From Eledone cirrhosa (taxonomy: Eukaryota): a stretch of DNA of 64,000 nucleotides. The notes beneath the pieces were generated by a model, which had not been told where the DNA came from, did not search any database, and saw only the letters and a program-made list of their open reading frames with translations. This document shows positions 1 to 12,074 of the stretch, one piece after another (the stretch's first letter is position 1; every line of letters begins with the position of its first letter). A program made the translations under genes and the position numbers. The stretch covers positions 992,001-1,056,000 of the forward strand of contig OZ024749.1 in assembly GCA_964016885.1 (NCBI GenBank), given 5' to 3'.

Positions 1-82
1 GCATATGTTGAAAAATAAACATTATAACTTAAACCATTTTTTCCAACTGTCCCTTTCTCACAAATTTTTTGAAGCTCCCTTG

Positions 83-115
<33 letters not shown>

Positions 116-236
116 TTGTGCATATATATATATATATATGAAAAACAATGTTGTCTTTGAGATGCAGCAAGAGTGTATTTGAATACAACAACAACCACTA
201 CCAACGACCTGTGGTACCAGGGGTGAAAGTCAGTAC

Positions 237-271
237 CTGGCACATTGGTTTTGGTAGAGGTAATAAAATGA
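237..271 (-). other. Candidate 35-nt alternative exon (IILLPLPKPMCQ) with U12-like acceptor, sequestered in a long hairpin
   Basis: TTCCCTTAAT, 19 nt, AG; donor CAG|gtactg; open in phase 1; pairs with 361-420. Confidence 0.45.
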
Positions 272-1419
272 CTAAAGTAAAATAAAAATAATTAAGGGAA
301 AATTGATTAATGTACTTGGGCAGAAGAGATAATTGAGAAGACAAAATCTGTTTTAGTAATTTACCAAAACCAATGTGCCTGATACTAAACTTCACCCCCT
401 TGGTAGCATAGGTCATTGTTGTCGACACTAATACGACACATCCAGAAAGATCTCCATCACACATACAATCACAACTGATCAACTAAAACCACTTGCTGTA
501 GCCACACAATAAACATCCATTGTATATAACGTGGGATACCAGTGTGTAATCAGTACAAACAAATAATAAGTAAAATATATAGGGATGTTGGTATGTCCAT
601 ACACATTATTTTAAAAACCATAAACTTAGGAATTCTACAACTTTAGCCAACGAAATATGGGAACTGGAGGGAAAAGGAACTAGATATGAAATATCTTGGA
701 CAGTCCTGGGATTTGCTGACCAGTACAAACAAGATACGAGTATTTGCTATATTTGTACACTGGAATTGTACTATATAATTTCTGAAAAAAAAAAAATTAA
801 TAAATAATAGATTAGAATAGGTTTTCAATTGTAAACATAAACACTTTAAACCTTTCTCCTATTATAATCCTGACTAACATAGAATCTGATCCTACAAGCA
901 TACCCTTCCTCAATTCCATCCATTTATCACTGTATATATTAATGGCAGCAGAGAATACTTGGCACAGCCCAGACTTATCAATAGGAACATTAAGATGACA
1001 AAATGATTTATTACTACCGGCTTAAAGTGCCTGATAAAGAATTCTTAAAATCTCAGTGGAAGTGGCCCGTCACTGACCAATGGCATTAGAACTACCCTTT
1101 ATTCAACAAATCAACAGCTACTTCTGTTAACTATGTTAGTCCTGCCGCATGGGGAGGAAAAAAAATGATATAACTATCAATGCTAATGAGAGTTATTGTT
1201 GTTGAGAACTCTTTTATACATTTTCATATCTTTGTCTCTCAGTATAATTGTTAATATTTCAATACTTTTATGATTTTATATAACCCAGGTTTCTCCTTAG
1301 CAACATGCTGTCTCTCTATATATAAACATTTCCCTGTGTGAATAAAAACATTGTTAGACTTTGACAAGCTGATAAGTAAAACTGTTGAAGCAGAATATTG
1401 GAATTCTCGGAAAACATAC

Positions 1420-1434
1420 GTGGGATTAGCAGTT
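1420..1434 (-). other. Candidate 15-nt microexon (KLLIP)
   Basis: TTTCGTTAAT, 20 nt with no pyrimidine tract, AG; donor CAC|gtatgt; frame-preserving. Confidence 0.3.
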
Positions 1435-1779
1435 CTAGATGTGTTCATTTACATATTAACGAAACATGTGTCAGTTACATAATAAATATTAATCCTTCAA
1501 TTGCGAAATTGGTATAGTCCTGTGATTTATTAATTTCTATATAAGGGCAGTGCCCCAGCATGGCCTTAGCTGGATGGCTGGAACAGGTAAAAGAGTATAT
1601 ATGTATGTATACATATATACATATATCACTTCAGTGAAAGAAAATGAAAGACATCAGTATATTAAAAATACTGAGTGTGTGTGTGTGTTTAAACATAAAA
1701 AGAAGCAGATAGAAACACTTGCCTCAGTCCAACGTTGTGTACGAAATCCAGAAATGAATTAACAGACAAGAGAAAACAC

Positions 1780-1822
<43 letters not shown>

Positions 1823-2936
1823 TATATATATAATGATAAAGTAGACAGTTTTCATAATTATATGTTATAGTATGAATTAATTTATATGAAATAATTAAAC
1901 AACTGATTATTGATGAAACACAGTAAACCCTTTAGCATTTACATTACTCTATATTTACAATTATATTTTTATTGTTCAAGGCTTTACCTCATATAATTAT
2001 CTCATAACATTTACATTACTCTATATTTACTATTGTATTTTCATGGTAAAGGCTTTATCTCTCATAGTATCGAGTCTACGAGATTTTGATATTATCTAAT
2101 TTGAGAACAATGCCTTAACATCAGTATAAGTGGCCAGTTACAGCCAGTTTGATCAGAGAGAGGTGAGAGAATTCAGGCCAGATATGACCAGTTTAAATGC
2201 TAAAGGGCTAAATGTTGCAACAATATAATAGCATTGGTTGAAAGAAGATTAGCTACATACATACATATGCATTACAGCAAGCCAAAATTTAGAAGAAAAT
2301 GGGTAAAATGGAGCAAATGAGGTGGTGAAGGTATGAGATATGGTGGTGGTTAGGTAAGACTGGTGCAAATTAATAATTATAAACAACACAAAAGTTGAGA
2401 TTTTGTTGTGAAAGAGATAAAATAAAATAAATAAATTCTAATCTAAGCACAAGGCCAGCATTTTAAGGAAGGGAAAAGTCTATTATATCGAACCCAGTAT
2501 TTTGGCTGGTACTTTATTTTATCGACCCCGGAAGGATGAAAGGCAAAGTTAACCTCGGCAGGATTTGAACTAAGAATATAAAGGACCTTAACTCTATGCT
2601 GCAAAGCTTTATGTCTGATACTGCCAATCCACCGCTGAATAATAATAATAATAATCTAATATATAATGAATGAAGAACTGCGAGACTGTGTCAGGGATAT
2701 TTTTTCATCCCGTTATTAAAATAAGTTGGATTACTATGAATAAATCATGAATGAATATTATGTAATATATCTACTAAATTTCTTAGCTCTTGATTAAACA
2801 TAAATATTCTTGTATCTAATGTATTGCTTATTTCTTTTAAAATTTTCAAATGTCAACTTTCTTAATATCATAACACTACGCTGTACGCTATATTTTCCTC
2901 GCTTATATATCATTATATATATATATATATATATAT

Positions 2937-3110
2937 GGTGGATTGGCAGTATCGGTAGAGGGTCGGACACCATGCTTTCCAGCATAGTTACGTCCCTTTA
3001 TGATCTGAGTTCAAATCCAGCCAAGATTAACTTTGCCTTTCATCTTTACGGGGTCGATAAAATAAAGTACCAGTAATGCTGGCCGTGTGCCAAAAGTAGA
3101 AACAATTATA
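2937..3110 (+). mobile_element. tRNA-derived SINE (about 190-bp family). Other copies near 2430, 21715, 33085, 33320, 34800, 35480, 53468, 54205, 54458, 56005 and 62061
   Basis: A-box tggcagtatcgg, B-box gagttcaaatcc; core gcctttcatccttacggggtcgataaaataaagtacc resembles the Meta-domain SINE core. Confidence 0.88.
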
Positions 3111-4384
3111 TATATAAACGTTCATATATTTCCATCGCTAATCTCATTTTGTCCTTTTTTGTTTTCATAACATTTCGCTGTAATGCAGTTTAAATATATC
3201 GTCTTTTTTTAAATGTATCATGGATTACTTTATTGATTATAGAAGAGAGTGTAACACTTTTTACATATATCTACATGTATATATACTTGCGTATAATATC
3301 AATATACGCACTACACATGCTAGAAGAAAACTGGCCACAGGGTGGTTTTTCTGCTAGTAGTAGTAATAATAATGAGATAATTACATCCAGACAGAAAATA
3401 ATGGTAGCAGCTGTTCTGTGGAGATTTGATTTGTAAATTATTCACACAGAAACCATAATTCTATCATTTTTGTTTATGGATAATGTATTCATGTGTGTGT
3501 ATATGTGCATCTTTATATGTGTATGTGTAACTTCATATATGTATAGTGAAAAAGTAAACACATGTTCAACTAGTCATACCTTGTTATTTTTAATGAGTAC
3601 ATCTTAAATGTTATAGATATTTCATTCTGTTACTAGTTTCAGTCATTAGACTGTGGCCATGCTGGGGCACCACACCCTTTTACTACTTTCAGTCATTAGA
3701 CTGCGTCCATTCTTTATTTTATCAACCCCTATAAGGAATTTAACCTCAGAACATAAAGGACCCTAACTCTATGCTGCAAAGCATGGTGCCGATACTGCCA
3801 ATGCACCACTCTGTAGGACAATAATGAAGAGAAGGGGTCTAATGATAGAACCCTGGTGGACACCCACCTACACACTGAATTTCTCTCTGTACTCATTGTT
3901 GATTTTAACTATATATATATAGGACTGGGGTCCATATCATTCTACTGCAAAGTGGATGTGTAGGTGCCACGGAAAAACAAAGCACCCAGCATTCACTGTA
4001 AATGAGGTTGGTATTAGGAAGGGCATCCAGCTGTAGAAATCAAGCTAGAAACAGTTCCCATATGAGCAAGACAAGGCCAGCCGACTGCCGACAACAGGAC
4101 AACCCTTCTAACCCATGCTAGCATGGAAGAACGGACGTAAAACGGTGATGATGATGATGATGATATTTGTATAATATATATATAAATATATTAAAATAGA
4201 CACCAAACACGTTTTACACTGATTTACGAATGTTTCAATCACTTCCTGGGACTTTCTAGAATCAGTTATTTAAGAGTAAAAAAGCCCCATTAAAACCACA
4301 CAAAAATACTCGACAGCCAGCAGCCAAAGAAAATGCTTACATTCCAAAAATCTGAAATGACGCCACAATACATGGAAAATCTAT

Positions 4385-6207
4385 ATTATCCAACTACAGA
4401 GGTATGTCAGACCACTCTAGTACATTACTATATGTTGTCTAACTAGAGGTATCAGACCAGCCTAGTACATTACTATATGTTGTCCAACTACAGAGGTATC
4501 AGACCAGTCTAACACATTACTATATGTTGTCCAACTACAGAGGTATCAGACCAGTCTAACACATTACTATATGTTGTCTAACTACAGAGGTATCAGACCA
4601 GCCTAGTACATTACTATATGTTGTCTAACTACAGAGGTATCAGACCAGCCTAGTACATTACTATATGTTGTCTAACTACAGAGGTATCAGACCAGTCTAA
4701 CACATTACTATATGTTGTCTAACTACAGAGGTATCAGACCAGCCTAGTACATTACTATATGTTGTCTAACTACAGAGGTATCAGACCAGCCTAGTACATT
4801 ACTATATGTTGTCTAACTACAGAGGTATCAGACCAGTCTAACACATTACTATATGTTGTCTAACTACAGAGGTATCAGACCAGTCTAACACATTACTATA
4901 TGTTGTCTAACTACAGAGGTATCAGACCAGTCTAACACATTACTATATGTTGTCTAACTACAGAGGTATCAGACCAGCCTAGTACATTACTATATGTTGT
5001 CCAACTACAGATGTATCAGACCAGTCCAACACATTACTATATGTTGTCCAACTACAGAGGTATCAGACCAGTCTAACACATTACTATATGTTGTCTAACT
5101 ACAGAGGTATCAGACCAGCCTAGTACATTACTATATGTTGTCTAACTACAGAGGTATCAGACCAGTCTAACACATTACTATATGTTGTCTAACTACAGAG
5201 GTATCAGACCAGTCTAACACATTACTATATGTTGTCTAACTACAGAGGTATCAGACCAGTCTAACACATTACTATATGTTGTCTAACTACAGAGGTATCA
5301 GACCAGTCTAACACATTACTATATGTTGTCTAACTACAGAGGTATCAGACCAGCCTAGTACATTACTATATGTTGTCCAACTACAGATGTATCAGACCAG
5401 TCCAACACATTACTATATGTTGTCCAACTACAGAGGTATCAGACCAGTCTAACACATTACTATATGTTGTCCAACTACAGAGGTATCAGACCAGTCTAAC
5501 ACATTACTATATGTTGTCCAACTACAGAGGTATCAGACCAGCCTAGTACATTACTATATGTTGTCCAACTACAGAGGTATCAGACCAGCCTAGTACATTA
5601 CTATATGTTGTCCAACTACAGAGGTATCAGACCAGTCTAACACATTACTATATGTTGTCTAACTACAGAGGTATTAGACCAGTCTAACACATTACTATAT
5701 GTTGTCTAACTACAGAGGTATCAGACCAGTCTAGTACATTACTATATGTTGTCTAACTACAGAGGTATTAGACCAGTCTAACACATTACTATATGTTGTC
5801 TAACTACAGAGGTATTAGACCAGTCTAACACATTACTATATGTTTTCTAACTACAGAGGTATCAGACCAGTCTAGTACATTACTATATGTTGTCTAACTA
5901 CAGAGGTAATAGACCAGTCTAACACATTACTATATGTTGTCTAACTACAGAGGTATCAGACCAGTCTAACACATTACTATATGTTGTCTAACTACAGAGG
6001 TAATAGACCAGTCTAACACATTACTATATGTTGTCCAACTACAGAGGTATTGAACCGGTCTAACACATTACTATATATTGTCTAACTATAAGACCAGTCT
6101 AGTACATTACCATATGTTGTCTAACTACAGAGGTATCATTCCAGTCTAACACATTACTATATGATGTCTAACTACAGAGGTATCAGACCAGTCTGGTACA
6201 TTACTAT
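4385..6207. repeat. 47-bp minisatellite, about 39 copies
   Basis: Unit ctacagaggtatcagaccagtctaacacattactatatgttgtctaa; period read from 4864 to 4911. Confidence 0.97.
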
Positions 6208-6475
6208 AAAAACTTATTTAAACTAATTAATAGCTGATAAATTTAAAAAGAGAGATATAATATTAATAAAATAAAGACATATACATACACACATAATCAT
6301 CATCAGACGTTAAATGATGATGATGACACCCCCACACATATACAAATATAGACAGAAACATACATAAATATATACATACACTCACACATACATATACACA
6401 TGTATATATAGATATATACCCACCTACAAATACATATGCACATATACACATACCTATATTTATAGACACATATAT

Positions 6476-6510
<35 letters not shown>

Positions 6511-6558
6511 GACACACACATATATATATATATACACACATATATACATAAACATATA

Positions 6559-7278
6559 TCATCATCATCATTTTACGTCCACTTTTCCCTGCTTGCAAGG
6601 GTGGGACGGGTCCTATTCAGCATCTCTCCGCTTGTCACGGTCCTTCGTCATCTCCTCCGTGAGCTTCAGCAATCTGAGGTTTGCTCTCACCACCTCCACC
6701 CATGTTTTTGGTCTACCGCTACTGCATCTTCTTTCTACTGGGATTTCTTGGCACTTCTTCACCCAGCGGTCATCCTCCATGTGTATCACATGTCTTCACC
6801 ATTGCAGCCTTCTCTCCTGCACACCACAACTTATCCCTCTTATACACAGTTTCTCTCTCAACACATCCATGCTTGGTCGTTCACGCACATTGACACTGCA
6901 CATCCAACGGAGCATACTTGCCTCATTTCTCTCCAGCCGTCGCATATCCTCTGCAGTTGCTGCCCATGTCTCACTACCATGCATCATCGAGCATCTCACA
7001 CAGGCATCATATAACCATCCTTTCGTACTCAGGGAGAAACCTTTCTTTGTCAATAGAGGAAGCAGCTCCCTAAACTTCTTCCAATCCGTCCTTATTCTAG
7101 ATACTATGGCCTCAGAACCCCCCCCCCCTCCCATGCAAATCTGATCACCTAGGTACTGGAAGCTATCAACCACTTCCATAAAACCCACCTGCATTGGAAA
7201 AATGTGTCTATCACTGTGACTTCTGTCTAATTTCCCTGTACATCTGCTACATACGTATTTCTCCCTACCTGTTAGTTA
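6559..7278 (-). mobile_element. RTE LINE 3' fragment, same family as 12075-14085
   Basis: ORF 6796-7194 is homologous to the RT C-terminus; (ATC)n tail at 6559. Confidence 0.92.
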
Positions 7279-7778
7279 CATGAGTATATATATTCACTAG
7301 TAACTCTGGCGTTAACTTTATCACACATCATTCCCCATTATAAGCCTGTCTTATATGTGTATTCTGTGTGTTATGTGATTATTTATATAAATATTTCCAC
7401 CACTACCACTGCCACCACTGTCTTTCCTGCCAGCAAGGGTAGGATGATATATACATATATAAATACATGTATATCAGATATTCAGGCTATTAAGCTGAAA
7501 ACTAAGTCTCAATATATTTCCAGAAATGAAAAAGTATATCTGAACTGAATAAGATTCTTTAGTCTTTTAAACATGGCTAAATAAAGAATTTATACAACAA
7601 AAGAGAAAACATAGAAAGATAGAGCAAAAGAAGGGCAATAAAATAATAGAAAGAGACCCAAATCTACACTGATAACATGTATGATGGATAATTGAATAGA
7701 ATTAAGATTTCTTCTTTATGTGTAAATTCCTTGTTGAGCCAGTAACAGCTGCACTGGACAGTAATGGACGCAACTTAC

Positions 7779-7797
7779 ATGAATAATATTTAATGTC
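7779..7797 (-). other. Candidate 19-nt microexon with acceptor buried in a hairpin
   Basis: Pyrimidine-rich tract ending tgttgtag; perfect donor gtaagt; 7791-7813 is complementary to 7867-7894. Confidence 0.4.
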
Positions 7798-8479
7798 CTA
7801 CAACAGATGGAATATAAAAGGGTAAAGGTAGTTAAGATAAGAGATAGAATACTAGGAATATTCCAGATTCCATAGATGTTGTGAGGATCCATTAGCTATA
7901 GAAATCAACCATAATATAGCACATCATAGAGAGAAGTCTACCAAGGATGAAGAACTGGCTTTAGTTTAATGATAATTGTGGAAGACAGAACTGACATATT
8001 TTGTATGAAAAGATATGAGCTCTACAATAGATAGTCAACTGTTACAATATATACACAATAACTTATAACAACTACATTGTATACACAGTAAGTTATGACA
8101 GCTATAATATACACAAGTTATAACAACTATATATGAACTATTCTACACCTTCAAAAGTCAGGAATAAAAATTAAAATAGGGAGTTCTACTTTAGCCTTTC
8201 TCTGACTATTTCTAATGAAATTAACTCTATTTCAATTAATTAATGAAACATTATTGAAAATTATGTTGGAAGATTTAAATAATTAAATCAGAACTTTTTA
8301 AAATGTTTTTTTTTCATAGTACCAGCGGCAAATTTTGTTGAATTAGTATCAACAAGGTTCAAATATATAGCATAAATCCCTTTCTTATGAAAAACAAACT
8401 TTGGTAAGTTTGGTGTGCAATGCTGAAGAAGAAAGTATTTTATTTCCACTCAGATACCCTAGTGTTGTAATGAAACAGC

Positions 8480-10398
8480 GCAAAAGCACCCAGTCAACAC
8501 TAAAGTGGTAGTGCTAGTGACATGACAAAAAGCACCCAGTCCACACTCTAAAGAGGTAGTGCTAGTGACATGACAAAAAGCACTCAGTCAACACTGTAAA
8601 GTGGTAGTGCTAGTGACATGACAAAAAGCACCCAGTCCACACTGTAAAGTGGCAGTGCTAGTGACATGACAAAAAGCACCCAGTCAACACTGTAAAGTGG
8701 TAGTGCTAGTGACATGACTAAATACACCCAGTCCACACTGTAAAGTGGTAGTGCTAGTGACATGACAAAAAGCATCCAGTCCACACTGTAAAGAGGTAGT
8801 GCTAGTGACATGACAAAAACACCCAGTCCACACTAAAGTGGTAGTGCTAGTGACATGACAAAAAGCACCCAGTCAACACTAAAGTGGTAGTGCTAGTGAC
8901 ATGACAAAAAGCACCCAGTCCACACTGTAAAGAGGTAGTGCTAGTGACATGACAAAAAGCACCCAGTCAACACTGTAAAGAGGTAGTGCTAGTGACATGA
9001 CAAAAAACATCTAGTCCACACTGTAAAGTGGTAGTGCTAGTGACATGACAAAAAGCATCCAGTTCACACTGTAAAGTGGTAGTGCTAGTGACATGATAAA
9101 AAGCACCCAGTCAACACTGTAAAGTGGTAGTGCTAGTGACATGACAAAAAGCACCCAGTCAACACTGTAAAGTGGTAGTGCTAGTGACATGACAAAAAGC
9201 ACCCAGTCAACACTAAAGTGGTAGTGCTTGTGACATGACAAAAAGCACCCAGTCAACACTAAAGTGGTAGTGCTATTGACCCGAAAAAAAGCACCCAGTC
9301 CACACTGTAAAGTGGTAGTGCTAGTGACATGACAAAAAGCACGCAGTCAACACTAAAGTGGTAGTGCTAGTGACATGACAAAAAGCACCCAGTCAACACT
9401 GTAAAGTGGTAGTGCTAGTGACATGATAAAAAGCACCCAGTCCACACTGTAAAGTGGTAGTGCTAGTGACATGACAAAAAGCACCCAGTCCACACTGTAA
9501 AGTGGTAGTGCTAGTGACATGACAAAAAGCACCCAGTCCACACTGAACAGTCAACACTGTAAAGTGGTAGTGCTAGTGACATGACAAAAAGCACCCAGTC
9601 AACACTGTAAAGTGGTAGTGCTAGTGACATGACAAAAAGCACCCAGTCCACACTGTAAAGAGGTAGTGCTAGTGACATGACAAAAACACCCAGTCCACAC
9701 TAAAGTGGTAGTGCTAGTGACATGACAAAAAGCACCCAGTCAACACTAAAGTGGTAGTGCTAGTGACATGACAAAAAGCACCCAGTCCACACTGTAAAGT
9801 GGTAGTGATAGTGACATGATAAAAAGCACCCAGTCAACACTGTAAAGTGGTAGTGCTAGTGACATGACAAAAAGCACCCAGTCAACACTGTAAAGTGGTA
9901 GTGCTAGTGACATGACAAAAAGCACCCAGTCAACACTAAAGTGGTAGTGCTAGTGACATGATAAAAAGCACCCAGTCCACACTGTAAAGTGGTAGTGCTA
10001 GTGACATGACAAAAAGCACCCAGTCCACACTGTAAAGTGGTAGTGCTAGTGACATGACAAAAAGCACCCAGTCCACACTGAAAAGTGGTAGTGTTAGTGA
10101 CATGATAAAAAGCACCCAGTCAACACTGTAAAGTGGTAGTGCTAGTGACATGACAAAAAGCACCCAGTCAACACTGTAAAGTGGTAGTGCTAGTGACATG
10201 ACAAAAAGCACCCAGTCAACACTGTAAAGTGGTAGTGCTAGTGACATGACAAAAAGCACCCAGTCAACATGTAAAGTGGTAGTGCTAGTGACATGACAAA
10301 AAGCACCCAGTCAACACTGTAAAGTGGTAGTGCTAGTGACATGACAAAAAGCACCCAATCAACACTGTAAAGTGGTAGTGCTAGTGACATGACAAAAA
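8480..10398. repeat. 48-bp minisatellite (46-bp variants), about 40 copies, related to a SINE-internal repeat
   Basis: Unit aaaaagcacccagtcaacactgtaaagtggtagtgctagtgacatgac; 16-aa periodicity in the ORF track. Confidence 0.97.
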
Positions 10399-11803
10399 TT
10401 GACATTACTTATTTGTATAGGTAAGTATACGTTACCCGTATGTTTTCTGGAGGTTCGGTATACTTTCTCGTACGTATATATGCTTGTATTCGTTATAGGT
10501 GGATATATTATATATACTAGCATGTATGTATATGGTTATGTGTATATGTGTATTTCGTGTTTGTGCGTGTATATTTGTATGCGTGTTTTCACATATGTAA
10601 GGTATGCACATGTGTACATTAGTGAACATATGTGTATTTACCTGTAGGTATGTGTACGTGTGCGTTATATACGTATTTATGTGTGTATATTTATATACGT
10701 TTATATAATTATATGTATACACACACACACATATTTATATGTGTATTTGGTGTATACGTTTGTATGTGTGCGGGTACATGTGACGCGCGTTTACATAGGT
10801 GAGCGCGTGTTTATGTGTAGGTGCATGTTTATGCATGGATGGCGTGTGTTTTCACGTATGCACGTCTATGTACGTATATAGATGTGTGTATATATTTAAT
10901 TATTATTAATTTCAATAACCTCTGTCATTTTCGTTCTACTAATTTATTTACATTATTCTGAATTCCGAAGCCGAGAATCATTCAGTTTCCTAAATAGACT
11001 TCATTTATACCATAAATGTGGTTTTGTCTTTGCGTGTAACTGTTCTCACCGCTCCTCATAACAACGTATTATCTTCGCTTTTTTTCCGTTCATTACCAGG
11101 GAACGTCTCCACGAACCAAAGTATCGTCTTCCTGTTTTCCTTCGGTTGCAACGTTTTTCGAAATATTTACTTCTGCGTTCACAGATTGACTTTTTTAGTT
11201 TCAGAAGATCCCGTTAAGGGTGAAAGCAACGATTCTTTGCTTAAACTTTAATCTGTTATTTTAATAAATAAATATATATATATCATCATCATCGTTTAAC
11301 GTCCATCTTCCACGCTTGCATGGGTTTGGACGGGAGTTTTCCCACTTGAGGCAAGAGTGGTTGTCTTGCTCTCATAGGACTGTCTGGCGGGTTTTCTACG
11401 GCTGGATGCCCTTCCTAACACCAACCACGTTTAGAGTGTGGACTGGGAGGTTTTTACCGTGTTACCTACACGGCCACATTACAGCGTGGACTGTTTTTTT
11501 TTTTTTTGTCGTGACACCTACACGACCTCATTTGTTTCGGACTGGATGTTGTGGTACCAACATAACTTCACATTTAAGGGGGTGGTGTGGATGGGGTGGG
11601 GGTAGTGGGACGGGGGGTGTATTTTGTTAGAGGTGCCTACTGACTGTAGGTTTCGCTTTGTACTTAGGCAAGGCGGATCTTCTGTATGACTGTGTAGCGA
11701 CAAAGATCTCGGTCCAGTGACATTGTCTTGGAGAGGTGTAAGTATGTGAGGTCGGAATTTATCAAGTTGTCCCAGGTTTTTCTTGGTCTGCCTACTCCGT
11801 GGC

Positions 11804-11841
<38 letters not shown>

Positions 11842-11892
11842 TATATAGTGACGAAACATAAGTCAATTGCATGAACTCATAATCCTTTATTT

Positions 11893-11948
11893 ACTGCTAT
11901 ATATATTTCGATGATAGCCATTGAATGGCTATGACCTCATCAGGCAGT
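11893..11948 (-). ncRNA. Minimal type I hammerhead ribozyme (Penelope-like-element type)
   Basis: actgc-CTGATGA-[ggtcatagccat tca atggctatcatc stem II]-GAAA-tatata-TA-gcagt. Stem I is actgc/gcagt, stem III is palindromic, and AATAAA follows. Confidence 0.8.
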
Positions 11949-12074
11949 TAGTCAGTTCTTAGATATGCCAGCTCTGTGTTTATAGTATTGATGGTATCAG
12001 AGCCTTATGTATATATATATATATATATATGTATGTATATATATATATATATGTGTATATATATATATATATAC

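Noticed and set aside
1717-1770. Strong GC donor GAG|gcaagt on the minus strand as an exon end
   Set aside because: No AG acceptor upstream; would need a non-canonical TG acceptor.
2937-3025. tRNA gene
   Set aside because: A/B boxes belong to a multi-copy SINE head; no cloverleaf.
8584-10259. Repetitive ORFs (MSLALPLYSVDWVLFV)n as a protein
   Set aside because: Consequence of the 48-bp unit being a multiple of 3; broken by 46-bp variants.
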